A DNA stretch of 63,264 bases, the filler included, from Intoshia linei (Eukaryota > Animalia > Orthonectida), in the NCBI GenBank assembly GCA_001642005.1. It is 4 parts of 4 records of this genome, joined end to end, with 100 filler letters (N's around TTAATTAATTAA, not from the genome) between each part and the next. Parts side by side here need not be neighbours in the genome. Positions count along the whole stretch, not along the records: positions 1 to 17,553 come from LWCA01000800.1; 3 more parts are not named here. The stretch is one strand, 5' to 3'. Under the pieces are notes generated by a model that was not told the DNA's origin, searched no databases, and was given only the letters and a program-made list of their open reading frames with translations. Numbering within the stretch: position 1 is the stretch's first letter; the number at the start of each line of letters is the position of its first letter. Shown in pieces: positions 1 to 14,300 of this stretch. The translations under genes and the position numbers were made by a program.

Positions 1-1078
1 CAATTGTATTAATGAAATTATCCTCACGTAATATTTGGGACTTACATCTCCTATGTTTATTCTTTTTTAATAAATTATAGCGTTCGCCTTATGTCTTTAA
101 CATATTTACAATATGTTTCTTATCTTTAATAGAAATTGTACTTGTAATCTACAAATTTTCATCACAGTTATATTCAAAACTTGGGAAACCCCATATTCCT
201 TGTTCTATGATAAAAATAAACCTTCAATACGTCCCGTAATGTTGGGAAGTTATATTTACAAAAATCTTCCATCACATTGCCTATTATCCAAATATAATCC
301 GCGGATCTTGTTAATACGTGCATTTCAAAAAAAAACTTTATAATTTAAATTAATAAAGCTCAATTTGAGCACTACATTAAAATTAATCTTGCTTCCTAAA
401 ATTTTGGATAAACATACGTATGGATCAGAAGAATAAAATTAGAGAATGGCGCATCAAAGAATATTAGTGAACAAATATATATGACCATTCATGCCAATTT
501 TTTGACCAAGTTGTCTAATTGTTTAGCTTTGCACGTCATTGAGCACTTCTATGATGCTATTTTTTTATGTAAAATTTGGCATGTGTGTATGTATTCATAA
601 AATGAACAAAATTATCGAAGGGCCTATCAGAAAATATAAAAAAAATTTATTATGAAAATTGTGTCCACCCTAATGAGTATGCTTAATAAGCTATGCTTAT
701 ACATGTAATTTGTTTTTTGTAAAATACTTCATATTATCATGTATTAATATTTTCCTCACACATATTTTATATCCGTTGAATTGCTAAAACCCAGAATTTG
801 TATCAAAAAATTAATTCATTGGTTTATAATATTTTGATTACTAACAATGGATTTTCTTTTATGGTTGTTAAAATTAAATACCTAATAAACCTATCTAATG
901 TTTTGTGCCACAAAATAACTTATATAACTTATAATACCATTCGTTTGTTTTAATTTAGTTTGGCTTTAAGTTCTATAATTTTTCAATACCCATGTATCTT
1001 AGTCCAAAATTGACAGATTGGAAAGAGAATTGTAATTGATACATTATCGATTCAATTACTAATTTGTTGTAAAGTTAC

Positions 1079-4000
1079 CAAGAATTTTCAATATTTAATA
1101 TTTTGTAGCCAGTGCAGCTGAGTTTAGTGGAAATAATAGAAAATTGACGACCTGATTTGGTAAATTCTTCTATTGGACTTTCTCTTCGAACCACACAAAC
1201 ATAACATATTTTATTCGGATTATCTAAATAAAAAAATATAAATGTTGCTTAGTATTCAATGGCATCTGATAATGGATTTAATTCTAGTTACTAACTGAAT
1301 CATATTTTATTTGCAAAATAAAAAGGATACTGAAATATATTTTTTTAGAAAATGTTAAAATTATGTTCATTCTCTAGAGCAGTGTCCCTGGATCCCAAGA
1401 GTTCCAAAACTATATTTCTGGGTCTATGAGATTTAAAATATAAAAATTTGTGATGACAATATTAAGCCAGATGTTAGGAATTTATCCCAAAGCCTAGACG
1501 ACTGGTACATTATTATTTCAAAAATGTCACTTTTATCCCACCATTAATAAAATTTAATAAAAATTATTCCAACCCCAAAATAAAAATCCGATTTTACCAA
1601 ATCTTAATATCTTATCTTAAATATTAGATAAAACCTTCAATTCTATCATAAATGTTTTACATTTCATGTTTCCTTTGGGGTCCAAAAAAATAAAAATTTA
1701 GAAATGGGGATCCGTACACTATTTGAATCAGGAACCACTCCTTTCGAGCAGCCATTATCAACAGGTCCACAGCACTTTTTTGGGGTCCATGAAAATTATA
1801 TACATTTATTACATATTATAGACATTTTCAGTAACATAAAGTCGTTTTTAAAACATAAGTTCAGAAATACTAATATAAAACGTGCAAATCATGTAAAAGT
1901 AAATTCTTTGGTATTAACTTACTTTGTAAATTAAATTACTTAAAAGTTTAAAAACTTATTGCAAACATCCATTGTTCTATTTTAGAAGCAGCGGTTTTAT
2001 TTAATTATTTTATTAAAATTTATGACCGAGCCAAGTTTCTAGTCATAAAATAAACTTTAAATTTCAAATTGAAAATGGGACAAAAAATCAGTCAATATTC
2101 ATGATTCTATGAAATATCAACCAAGGGATATAAAATATTAATTTTTCACAGGAAAGATAGTTAATATAGACTTTTTATTGGTGTGATAAAATATGTAGTA
2201 AACAATTAATAATGTACTGTAAACAATACCTGGAAAACATTCCATTTTGGAAACATTGACGGGTTAAAGGTTAATATTAATAGTTCATGAAGTTTATCAT
2301 CTCGCAAAAATAGAGTACTCCATGTCTTTTGACCATCATTCATTCACCCAAATATAATGATTCATTAAAAATTGTCATTATTATTAATTTTTTTGGGGTC
2401 CATAGGTTTTTTGTAATATCATCTTAGGGTCCACAACGAATAAGGGTTGAGAATGCCTGCTCTAGAGCAGCGTTTCCCAACCGTTTTTATGCTAGGCAGC
2501 TCTTAAAATTCTTGGTATTTGATATTTACATTTAGTAAGTCCACCAGAAAAAGTTGTCAATCACCATGGAAACCCATAAAGTTGATATCTTCAAAACGTA
2601 TATTAAAATCATTTTTAAATAATTTACATTTTTAATATTGTTTTTTTGCTAATTCTGTAACAGGATTTATTTAACCAAAAGAAATTACTATAATTATTGG
2701 ATGAAATATTTTCTATATAAACATCTAATAATAAATTAATGTAAAGTTTTCATAATCTTATAAATTCGTAATATTTACCAGGCCAACAAAAATTTCATCA
2801 TGTTCCACCAGTGGGGCTTGACCCCAAGGTTGGGAAACACCGCTCTAGAGGGGTACTCATTTGATCGATACACCTTAGAGCAGGGGTGTCAGATTCAATT
2901 TGCTTGGCAGGCCAAATGTAAAAAAAATATATTACGTGGGCCGCACAAAAAAAATCTTTACTCAAAAAATTATGTTAAAACTAACAGATTTAATTAATTT
3001 ATAATAATTTTAATTCATAAAATGAAATATGAAATAATAAAAATTGAATAAGTGTAAAAAAAGTGTTAAAATTATAATAATGAATAAATAAATCATAAAA
3101 AATATATGAAAAAACTGTAAAATAAAAAATATGTGTAAAAAATTGTTATAAAAAATATAAATTTGTATTATAACGCACATTCCATAACTGGGGCCGCATA
3201 ATTGACACCCCTGTCTCAGAGCGACAAAATCATTGATTTTAATAATTTATCATATTAATTTTTTCACCCAATTCCAAAGATAATTTTTGATCCACAATTT
3301 GGTAGGGTTTTTAAGGGATTATTTTTTTAGTATATAAAAGTGTGAAGTAGTTAAAAATTTATTATAACTAATAAAATGATTACTATAACCATCATTTGAA
3401 GTTGAACACAGATTTAGGCTTTTACAAGTGTTGATAATTACTTGAAAATTTATAAAATTTTTGCTATCTAAAATATTAAAATTACATTAAAAAAATTAAA
3501 AAGCAATGACAAATCATGGTCATTATAATTTCCCCGGAAGAATATTCTAAATCTTCCTTTAAAACAGGACTCCAAGGTCCACATGAACCAGAACCGTGGA
3601 GAAGGACTAAGATTCAAAATTGATATGGTATGCTAGAAATATTCTTAGTATGGTGGGCGAAATTTTTTTACTCCAACAGGGTAAAACTAAAAAAAAATAA
3701 AAAAAATTTAAAACAAAGCAACAGATAAAAAATAATAACCATTTTATTGAGTTGGGTATTTACTGTAAATGTTTAATATTCTATAAGATTTTGCAAGGAA
3801 AATATGCTGTTCCGTACAAAAATGTCATACAGCTCGTTTTCAATTTTTCGCTCGGTACACATAACATTTGGTGGGTCCAGCCAGACCTGTCTTAAGCCAA
3901 TTCGTGGCCCTCGGCTAAGCAAAGGGCTGGAGGCCCTTTAAAGTTTAGAGCGAAGCAAAAAAGTATTCGAAGCGATAAAAAAATTTTAGGGCCCCTTTTT

Positions 4001-5469
4001 TGAAAATTAAGAGAAAATCAAAGATTTACTACTTGCTTTTTTGAATATTCACTTAATAGAAAGGTTTTAATGTTTAATATTATCATTTGAAACAGTTTTT
4101 ATGTCAATATTATATGATAAACATTGTAGAATATATTTTAAATTGAATATTTACCAGAACTTTGATTCTATATCATCCTAAAATGTTCATCTAGCTCAGT
4201 GGTTCTCAACAGGGGACATTTTACTATTTGAAAGGGACATTGAAAATTCAGTAATTAATCCATTAAAAAATAAATTAATGATTCGAGTGCGAAAGATAGA
4301 TATAATGAATAATCAATAACAAAATATTGGTCAAACATGTGTAATTCATACCCTAAACTTGGAGAAAAAGTTATTAGAATTCTGTTACCTTTCGTATCAA
4401 CGTATTTATGTAAATGTGGATTCTCCACTCTTTTAAATGTAAAAATGAAAAAAAAGCAGATTAAATGTTAAAGAAGATTTATGTTGTGCTCTTTCTTCTA
4501 CTCCACCTTAATTCATTGGAATTAACAAAAAATAGATCTGCTCAAAATTCTAATTAATATTAATTTTAATAGACTTTAAAATGTTAAAACTTTAATAGCT
4601 CAAGGAGGAATGAGAAAAAATTAGTTAAAAGCCACTGATCTAGCTCAAGTCAATTGTTGATTCTCCACGCCTATTATGGACCATATAAAACTCTGAACAT
4701 GTTTTACCTCTAAACAACACATTTCCTCTCAAATAAAACATAAACAATGGTAATGTTATTTTTAGGAATCATATAATGTTTCATGAAAAAAACAAACCAA
4801 ACGATTTCCTAAATCGGCAGTGAATATTTATTTTCTTAGTAGCGTCACAAGCGTTATTTTCTAGAGCTCTTTTAAACTCTTTGATATCATTGGGGTGAAT
4901 AATTTCATCAAGAAATTTTCCTATAACAGAAGGCTAAAAATATATAAAAATTAAAAACAGTCAAACCTGACAAATTTTAGGTAAATAATTTGAGATATTA
5001 TTGGAAACATAAGTTACAATCATGGCATCATTGAAAAAAATGAGAAACCCATCCAGAGCCTAAAAAATACAATTGAAGAAAAAGGAATGCAAATACCTTT
5101 AGAAACAATGGTCCAAGTAATTCGGGACTGATAACCTCCTCAGTTGGAGAACAGTGACAGTCAGAATTGATACTGTTTAAATTTTCTACAAAATAATTAA
5201 ACTTTATACACTCAACCAATATAAAACAAACCCTGTTTGCGAATTCTCTGGATTTGGTTGACCGTTTCTTGTAAAATGGCGCATTTGTCTGGTTTCATTG
5301 ATCGATTAATTGTAGTGGGGTATGAACACGATGAAATTAGTTCCGCCAAATCTTCAATGTAAATATTTTCCTGTTCTCGTCTTCTCTTTTCATTTTGGCA
5401 TTTATTGCTATTATTTTGGTTTTAAAAATATACAAAAACTTACGATTTTTTAGATTTTTTATTAGCCAT
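1079..5469 (-). CDS. NCOA: Nuclear receptor coactivator (NCOA/SRC/taiman-type) bHLH-PAS protein; multi-exon, 3' extent uncertain
   Basis: ATG at 5469; GT-AG introns at 5408-5443, 5186-5231, 5060-5096 and 4934-4966. Spliced peptide [34 protein letters not shown]...[22 protein letters not shown] matches the NCOA bHLH. LGPLFLK|[34 protein letters not shown] is PAS-A. An exon at ~1079-1224 ([26 protein letters not shown]) resembles the start of PAS-B. Confidence 0.85.
1380..1740 (+). mobile_element. hAT-type MITE (family A), degenerate short copy
   Basis: Preceded by CTCTAGAG (1372-1379). The body is homologous to 20346-21015 and ends GTACACTATTTGAATCAGGAACCACT. Confidence 0.7.
1749..2459. mobile_element. 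hAT-type MITE
   Basis: TIRs CAGCCATTATCAAC / GTTGAGAATGCCTG (12/14 match); flanked by CTTTCGAG and CTCTAGAG. Confidence 0.7.
2468..2842. mobile_element. hAT-type MITE
   Basis: TIRs CAGCGTTTCCCAACC / GGTTGGGAAACACCG; perfect 8-bp TSD CTCTAGAG (2460-2467, 2843-2850). Confidence 0.85.
2881..3213 (+). mobile_element. hAT-type MITE (family B)
   Basis: TIRs CAGGGGTGTC / GACACCCCTG; an inverted second copy lies at ~38887-40017. Confidence 0.8.
4197..4637 (+). mobile_element. Internally deleted hAT (Buster/Charlie-type) element with transposase C-terminal remnant
   Basis: TIRs CAGTGGTTCTCAAC / GTTAAAAGCCACTG; perfect TSD ATCTAGCT; remnant [46 protein letters not shown]. Confidence 0.85.
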
Positions 5470-6679
5470 TTGAATCAATTTAAAATGTAAACAAATAATT
5501 TATTTCATAAAGGTATGTCAATATAAATTTCAATTGTTAAAGTGGAGCCTTGACAGGGAACGCTAATTTGTGCATATTGAGTTGTAAAATGACATGATAA
5601 TTTATTCACAATTGAATACAGAAATTACTGCATTAAAGTTTCTATTAATTTAGTCAAATTGTTGAGTGCTGCTAAATCAGAGTTGATCTAAATCAGTTAT
5701 GTAATGAAATAAATAATATACTCATGGAGAAATTGAGAATTTATACTTTCTATGCCGTTATTGCCACTGGTGTTTTTTAATGTGTAATGCAGTGCAATTA
5801 CAATTTTACTAATCGATATTGGTAATGGAAGGAACATTGCTATATCAAAATACTAGACATTGTCAGTTATTTATCATAGTCGCTTCAATTCACAATTATG
5901 AGTACTCGTCTATAACTATAGTTTTTTGATTGTTTTTAATGAAAGTTTTTGCAGAAAATAAAATTAACTTTTAGGTAGCGAGCGGAATTTTTGATAGCTG
6001 CGAATTATATCACTACAGTTGATTTTTAATTATTAGATTAGGGGTTTACATTTTAGAAAATGCTATTTTTTTCGAGTTTTTGAGATATCGAGAAAAATCC
6101 AAATTTTGAGTGATTTATAGGATTTTTATTCATTTTTTTGATAGAAAATGTTTTATTTAAGAATTTTGAACATATTGACAAAAAAACAAAAATTGGTACA
6201 TTTTTTTAAACAAAATGGTAAATACCTGTACAAAATATATAAAAAAATATTTGATTAATATGTAAATAAAGTTACTAACAATTCATGTAAAAGTCTACAA
6301 TTCTTTATTTAAAATTTTAGTAAATAAGTTATTTTATAGGATCTAATATAAACAAAGTTTTGGCATTCATCCCTAGTAAGGATTCCTTACTTATATAAAA
6401 TTTAATGATAGCTAAAAATGTATGTGTTTATTTGCTTGTTCAAGTTTATTTACTCAAGTATGATGCGTAGAGTTTTAAAAATAACACTTTCTAATACACT
6501 AATTTTTCTTCCATTAGAATTTATCAAAAATTGAGTCCTTCAAAGTTAAAAATCCCAATTATGCTTTTTTCTATAAAAATCAAACGAGTCCTAAAATTTT
6601 AAAAAATATACATTCCGATACAAATTTTAAAATCATGAACATTATCATAAATTTATATTTGAAAAACTTTCAAAACACA

Positions 6680-6965
6680 AAAAATTTCAACATGAATAAG
6701 TGACGTCGTCGTGGTCAAAAAAGTATTTTAATATTCATTTTTTTTTATTTCGAAACTATTTTATTAAAAAAAAAATTTGAAATAATTCATAGTTTAATAA
6801 ATAATTAAAAAAAGATTTTTCTGATACAACTTATTCCAATTACTATAAATACAAAATTTCCACCTTAGAAGTCTTCGCATTCCCGGTGAAACTAACTTTC
6901 AATATATTATCAACCAATATTTTTCAAATCTTTGGATAAAATTAACAAAGTAAATATTCATCTGA
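6680..6965 (+). repeat. Dispersed repeat family C copy
   Basis: Shares AATAAGTGACG..GGTCAAAAA and TACAAAATTTC..GCATTCCCGGTGAAA..ATATTATCAACCAATA with 26530-26910, 37720-38100 and others. Confidence 0.75.
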
Positions 6966-7245
6966 AACATTTATAATTGATTTTATAGCTCATGTCAGAT
7001 AAAATAGACGCTGCGCGAACACTAAAGGGCTAACCCTTTAACTAAAAATTAATTAATTTACTAAATGTTTAATTCAACACGTTCCATTATTTTAATCACT
7101 AGAGAAAACGTAGATTTTAATATTTTTAAATAGATGCCTTGTTCGATCTATAATTCATTTCCAGTGACCAGTGAACCGCTGCTCTAGATCATATATACTT
7201 AACTGTGTTACAAATGATAAAATTTAATTTGTACAATTCAATACA

Positions 7246-10023
7246 CTAAATTAAGCTATTGAGTCCTGATTTTCTACCAGGCCAACTTTCTTTAGCATAA
7301 ACTTTTCTAGAGGTTTTGGTGTAAATTCTATCTGAATCTGGAAGTTCCTCTGGAACAATAATTTCTTTATTTTTTGAGATAACCAGCGACAATTCATACT
7401 GATCACCTTGATCAATTACCACAGGAGCTAAATTTGGAATATTGGTGGAATTGGTTTTAAAAGTGTAATCCTCATAGTCATCAGTAGTAGACTTTGAAGT
7501 TCTAGTGACTTTACGATTATTCATGGCATCAAAAGACAGCGCAGAAGCATTTTGCATTGAAGCTTGCTGTAACCCTTTTCTTTTTTGTACAAAAGTAGTT
7601 GAAACAAGATTTTGAAAACGACCTATCGAGGGATCAACATCTTCAGGGTTTATAATATCATCAATATTTGAAAATTTTACTCGGTTTTTGTGTTTTTTTC
7701 TTATAGTAGAATTTGCATTATCGAGTATAACAATTTTGTCAAGTCTTTGGTTTCTAGCGGTATTAAATTCAGTTAGGTTGTCCAATTCAATATTGGACGC
7801 CGGTAGAGAAATATTGAGTGATTCATTTATATTATTTATTGCTCGATTTAAATGTTCGATTGATCCTTTCGGTCTGCATCTAATAATGTATTTTCTAGTA
7901 GAAACACCAAATCGAAATTCAACGTCAAATTCTACTACTTTAAAAATGTTTGGTTCGATTCTTTCATTGCAGATAAACGTACCGTGGGTAGATCCAAGGT
8001 CCATTAAAAATGGTCTAAATAATTGTATTATCAATTTTTTTATAAAATCAATTACTTTTTAACTTTTGAATGCCATACAAGTGCCTAAATTTTTTTATAA
8101 AACGATCAATTTCACTAGACCAGTGTTTCCCAACCGTGGGGCCAGGGAGATATTACAAATTTATAGGATTATGAAAACTAGATTAAGCTATTGTTAATTA
8201 AATTAAGAAATAATTGTTTTAAATTCTCAAACTAGTTTAATTCTCAAAAAGAGGGACAACAGAGGTTTTTGACCCTTAAGATGTAAAATTGGAAGGTTGA
8301 AATTTATCTTATTATACGTCCCGGAAAAAACTGTAATTGAAATGTGGATCTTTAAAAAATTTTAAAAATGCTAGTTATTTTAAAAAAGTGAGACACAAAC
8401 AAAAATCGCGTCGCATTTTATATAAGTTAGGATTCTCAGGTTTATAAGTGGTTATGTGATACTTGAACCAATTAATTGTATTATTAAATTATTAGAATGA
8501 CAAAAAACAAATATATCTTTAATGATCGTGGGCTATTAAATTCAAATTTAACCAAATTAATGAGGATATGCAAAATTATCCAACTTTAACTACTTTTGCT
8601 TTGTTGCCATTTCTATCCTCTTATTTAGCAGAATGCTGGTTTAGTGGAGTTTTAGACTTACTGACAAAAAAATCAATAGACTACAAATTTCAAAAAGGGG
8701 AGATCTACGATTAAAGCTTACAACATTAGTACCTAATATTAATAAACTCAGAAACGTCAGCCTCAATCATCTCATTAATTCTAAAAAATATATACATTAT
8801 TATTGTTTTTATCATTATAATATTATAATTCGGTCAAATTTTTTTAAGAGTAAAAGTGGGGCCTAGCATAAAAAAGGCGTAAAAACTAGCTCCCAAAACG
8901 ACGAAAAATAAATTTAATATGACAATATATTGTAACAATTAAGGCATCACACTTTTTTTAAGGTTTCTTTTTATCCTTCCCATCGGTATAACAAAAATAT
9001 TACATATCAGCGGTGAACACGATTTTTTAACGCGAGTCTTTCTACCATATCATTTTAGAAAAATACACTTACTTTCTAGACACTACTGAAGCAAAACATA
9101 ATTTACCAACCCTAGAGAAAGCAACTCAATTCAACCAACTATTTAAAGCAGTGACTGTCAACCGAGGATTCACCCTGGGAAGCATTTTTACTATTTTAAA
9201 AGAGGTTGAAAATTTTCATTTTTATTTATAAAAATCTAAGTTAAGCAAATGAAAAAAACCTTATCTGGGGTGCATCCAAAAATATCATCATTTTGTCAGT
9301 TTTCCAATATTTGTATTTAAATGCGTCAATGCGAGTATAATAATGTTTTTCAAAAAATAATAATAAATCATTATTTAATTAAGACTTAATTATTAAGTGA
9401 ATAGAGATTATTAAAATGCCGATAAATCAATAATTAGGATTATCTATTTAATTTAAGATTAACCAATATAATATAAGGTGAACTGATTTTCTAGTTGATT
9501 AGATTCGGAAAGTATTCAGGTTATTTCTCCACTACCACGGATTACTGAAAGAAAATGAATCTTACTTACGATTTAAAATTTCATTTTCGATTATTCCACT
9601 AATTAAATTTCATTTATCAAAATTGTCAATGCGCTACCTTGAATGCCGCCATGCGCCATAAGTTGGCTACCACTGTGTTAGACTCTTGTTGTTGTACCAT
9701 AATGGTACTATCAAAGTGGGCACGTCACACCAACATTGGGAAACACGCAACTATATTATAAAAATAAAACTTACCGCATGGATCCTTGAGCAAGAAGAAT
9801 GATATGTATGAAAATCACACATTTCTTTGTTTCTACCAAAAAAATAACATTTTTTGGAATCGATAATTATTTTACTTTTGACAGATCCTTCTTTAATAAT
9901 ATCAACATGTAAACCGATTTCTGGTTTTCCAGCCCATTTAGGACATTCAAATTTGTTAACCTCAACATTTTTTTCTTCTTCCTCAATGATATTTCTCCTA
10001 CGTTTACGAGATCGTGAACTCAT
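7246..10023 (-). CDS. PPP1R8: Nuclear inhibitor of protein phosphatase 1 (NIPP1); exons 10023-9775, 8084-8056, 8014-7246
   Basis: FHA domain YFFGRNKEMCDF..HSSCSRIHA|ALVWHSKVK|KPFLMDLGSTHGTF; LDNLTEFNTARNQR; RVxF motif RVKFS..IINPEDVDPSIGRFQNLV; C-terminus KVYAKESWPGRK..LI. All junctions are in frame. Confidence 0.95.
8121..9747 (+). mobile_element. Decayed Buster-type hAT element with nested repeats, in NIPP1 intron 1
   Basis: Left end CAGTGTTTCCCAACC, probable right end TTGGGAAACACG. 8600-8778 encodes LLPFLSSYLAECWFSGVLDLLTKK/NRLQISKRGDLRLKLTTLVPNINKL../QPQSSH* with frameshifts. TSD unclear. Confidence 0.65.
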
Positions 10024-11348
10024 TAAATATTTTACCAAATCATAAAATTAAATAACAAATCTTTATTCTGGTTTCCAAGTGAATATTTTTAGTTACAGTT
10101 ATACAAAATTATTGAATTGTTTGTGGTGATAGAGTGAAATCGATCAATGAACAAGCCACAATTTGTTTGGGTTCACAAACACACATACACAAACATAATA
10201 CATTGTAAATTATCAATTATTTTGTTCCTTCATACCAGGAATTCTCAACCTATTGCACGTATGCTCCAACATGAAAAAAATTAAATTTTTGCAAAAGTAT
10301 CGTCCTCTATAATATATATTATTGAGATATATTGATTCATCGACTTTTTAATAATTAAAAACCAACTAAAAATGTTTAATTTATTTTTCTACATTATAAT
10401 AATTATAATTATTCGTCTGATGAATCATCAAAGAGTTAACCCTTACTAACTTATCTGACTAAAATGGGCAATGTCCATTGGACATGCTTAAAAGCTTAGC
10501 AAAAATCAATATTAGTTAAAAACGAAATACCCTAATATATAGTTTGTGGATGCATCGCACAATATATATGGAATTTTTTAAAATTTCAAAAATGATAATC
10601 ATAATATATTCACTAATTTACTGACAGTTAGTAATAGTTACTATAGATGTCATATTTAATTTAAACTAAATTTAATCTAAAGTCTACTTTTTAGACTCTA
10701 AAATTATTGAAATGTCAAATTAAAATTTATCGCTTCTATGCAGCCTTCATAGATGTTTTTTAAATTTCAGACAAAATTGAGTTTTATAATTTAAATTGAA
10801 TTAAATTATTATTCAGCATAAAGCATATGGTTCCTGGCGAAGAGACGTAATAGTAGATACATAAGAAATGTCTGAATGTGGAACAATTCGGTCTGTTGGG
10901 TCTTACTTAATAGAATTTAATTAATTTATTTGCTTTAAACGATTGATAGAAATTAAATTTACACTTCAATTCAATGTTTTAAATTCTTTATTTCTTTTGC
11001 TTTATTAAACAATGAATTGAAAAAATAATTAAATTAATAAATAAGTAAATAAGTTTAAATGTACAGTAATTGATAATAAATACATCATTAATTTTGAGAA
11101 ACATTTTACAAAATATTTACATGTTAATGAAAGTGGCAAGCGAGAAGTAATTAAATCATGGTAAATTTCCATTGTTCACCAAAGTCACAATTTCTGACTA
11201 ATGGAATTTAAATAAACTAACCTACAAGTGTTAATAGTAACAAAACGAAACAAATGGTTACAAAAGAATCAAAGGATCACATATTAGTGGTAAAGAATTA
11301 ACTGAATAAACGTAATATTATACGTAATCAATAACAAAAAAACGATAA

Positions 11349-14300
11349 ATGGATCGAGACGAACCAATTGATTCCAACTCTAGTGATTTAACAAAAGCAC
11401 AAAAAGAAATATTAAACTCAAAAAAAAGTTTGCGTAAAATTGAAGCCAAATTAGATTTAATGAAAAACTGGCAATTAAACGAAAAACCGGGAAACCGTAA
11501 AACATCGCAGTCGTTTTCAGATAAACGGAAAGACACCAAATTAATTAATTTTATAAACACTGGCACCCGAGAAGACATTTCAATACCAAATTATGACAAA
11601 AAATTCAACCCAGCTTCAATAATAATGACTAAAAGTAATGAAAAACTATCAGATTCCTATGATTCCTATAAAAGACATTCCAATGTAGATTATACAATTT
11701 TATCAAACTCTGAAAGGACAAATGTGTTATCCAGAATCCAAAACAAAATTGACCATCAACGAAAAAATCAATTGTTCGATTCGATTGGTAAATTGAAAGG
11801 AAATTCAAATAGAAAAACCACTACCACTACTGGGATTTCAAATATTCGCGGTTTTTGTGTAGAGGACAAAAAAGTTAAATCCAAAAAACAGACAATGAAA
11901 AATAAACCAAATTCAAAAATTGAATCTAAACTAGTTGACAATTCAATTACTCCGGCGTCTTGGAAAATTTCTAAAAATCAAATAAAATCTCATTTAAATC
12001 AAATAAAGAATATTGAACCCAAGTCTAAAATTTATTCAACTACAGAAAATGTTAATGTAAACAATTCTCAAAATTTTTTGTCGAAAGAAGCCATTAATAT
12101 TGTTCATGATATGCTTCCTGATAAACAATTTAATATTGATCAAAGTCCGTATTACTTTGAACGAAAAACAGTCAAACGGGCTGTTTCAGCACATGATATT
12201 TCTAAACCTAAATTAGAAAATAAGAAAAGTATCCATTATGACCCTAATAAAATTCGAGATTACATCAAGCGACAAAAAGTGGAACGTAGGATGGCTAAAA
12301 ATAAAGAAAAATCTGCTAATGAAACGTCTATAAGAAATATTAAGAGGAAATTGGTGGAACTTGACAAGTGGCGAGAAAAACAGTTTCAATTGGATAAAAT
12401 TTCTAAAGGTTCTAGAGACTCTAAAGACCAAATGGTTCCAATTAAAAAGGTTGGAAATGTTCAAAATTTTCAAAAAGTAAATACTAAAAATTCGTTTAAT
12501 TCAAATTCTCTCAATTTAAATAAATGCAAGTCTGTTGAAAAAAACGGTAAATCGAAAGATATAATGTCTATTGCTGAATATGATGAACAGGATACTTGTA
12601 ATTTGGTTATTGATAAAAATTGTAATGTTCAAAAAAAGAATATTCCAAAAGTATTCATAAACGATCCAATTGATAGTTTTAGTCTTCTGGATGATAAAAT
12701 TTCTGTCATTATGAAGGAAATTACAGAGTTGAAGGAATATAATAAAAACATTACCAAAAATTTCAAAACAAATTCAAACTCAAAGTTTAATGGGTATAGT
12801 GCACCTTCTGCTAGGAAAAATTTTCAAAAAAACAAAAATGTAAAAAAAAGAAATGACACTATTGTTGGTGATGCAATGTCTAAAAATAAAGGAAAGTATC
12901 AAATGTGTAAGCCTAAAGTTTCTTATAATAAAGGTATTTATTATAATAATATTTGGTGAATATTTTAATTTATGTTTCTTTGACGATAATAAACCAATAT
13001 TTTTAAGGGTTTTTAAAGGGAATATTTATTTTTTTTTTTTTGCCCAATTTTTAAAGATTTTGACGATGTTTTTGGGATCAACATTTTGTAGGTTTTTTAA
13101 GGAAATTTTTTTTCCCAATTTTTAAAGACTTTGAAGATGTTTTTGAGACCAAAATTTTGTAGGATTTTAAAGAAAATTTTTGGATTTACATTTTGTAGAG
13201 TTTTTAAGGGAAGTTTTTTTTTTTGCCCAATTTTTTAAAGATTTTGAAGACAATTTTGGTTCCAAAATTATTAATATAAGATAATAAAAATATGAATAAA
13301 GAAACCCACTAAAATTTCGGGAAAAAATCAATAAGATAGATTAGTAAAGTCGATGATTGTAATGTAATTGTAATGTATTGTAAAGTAATGTCGCTGCAGA
13401 GAATAGACGTATCATAATCATATACGACTCAGGCAAGTCATAATATGGCCAATTGACCTTTTTATATCATTTAAATCAAATTACTACATTGACCACTTTT
13501 AAATTGATATTTAGACAAAAAGGGTTCAGTAAATTCATATAGAAACATGATTTCTAAAACACGAGAAAAGACCAAATTATCAGATAATCGGAAATTTTTT
13601 TCTGATGATTTATCTTGTCGGAAAGACCGAAATAAACAAAAAGATATTATGAATAATCGTATTGATATCATCAACAAACTCCGTTCATACAATAATTTAA
13701 ACAAATCTTTGGATTATACAAGATCAAAATTGTCTAGTAGTGATAAATTTAAATTTATATCTACTGTGCCTAATTTTGGTAATACAAATTTTAACATGTT
13801 GAAAGCTTATTCCCTTTCTAAAACTGAAAATGAATTTGAATTTGAAAATATTGAAAAATATCAAGATAATTATAGTGATATTTCTGATGATAAAAACAAT
13901 TCAAATGCTTTACTGGATCAATTTAGGGTAATATCGGCTTTAGTTTATTTTATAACTAGCTTAAATGGCATATACTTGGTATAAACAGCAGATAAAGCTT
14001 TAGCTTTTTAAATTTCAAAAAAATTAGTAATCTGGTTTTTGACCGTTTTTCTGAGAGAGAAATGCATCTTACCCGCTGCGTCGAAAAAAACTGACATAGA
14101 ATTTGTTTTTTTTAAAATTTGAATAAATAAATACATACAGTGCGTTTTCTAAATAAATGGTACACACAGACTTTTACTTTATATAAGGATTTTTTTTTGC
14201 TGCTTCAAACTTTGGTACAATTTGTATTTATTTCCAAAGGTGTTTAGGTTAGTTTTAATCAAGATAATACATTTTAATTAATTTTCAAATTTAGAATAAG

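Noticed and set aside
1704-2997. Short ORFs at 1704 and 2800 (also 15357, 29515, 29695, 39903, 45361)
   Set aside because: They lie within or across MITEs, repeats or the N spacer.
3480-3990. Higher-complexity segments in the NCOA intron
   Set aside because: No frame gave a recognisable product; may be NCOA exons or transposon debris.
7688-8062. Antisense ORFs (also 9854, 11318, 12213, 13471, 27565, 31283, 35313, 44235, 62907)
   Set aside because: Shadow frames of genes on the opposite strand.
10810-10915. GC-richer island between NIPP1 and CEP350 as an ncRNA or exon
   Set aside because: No recognisable RNA motif or consistent exon.
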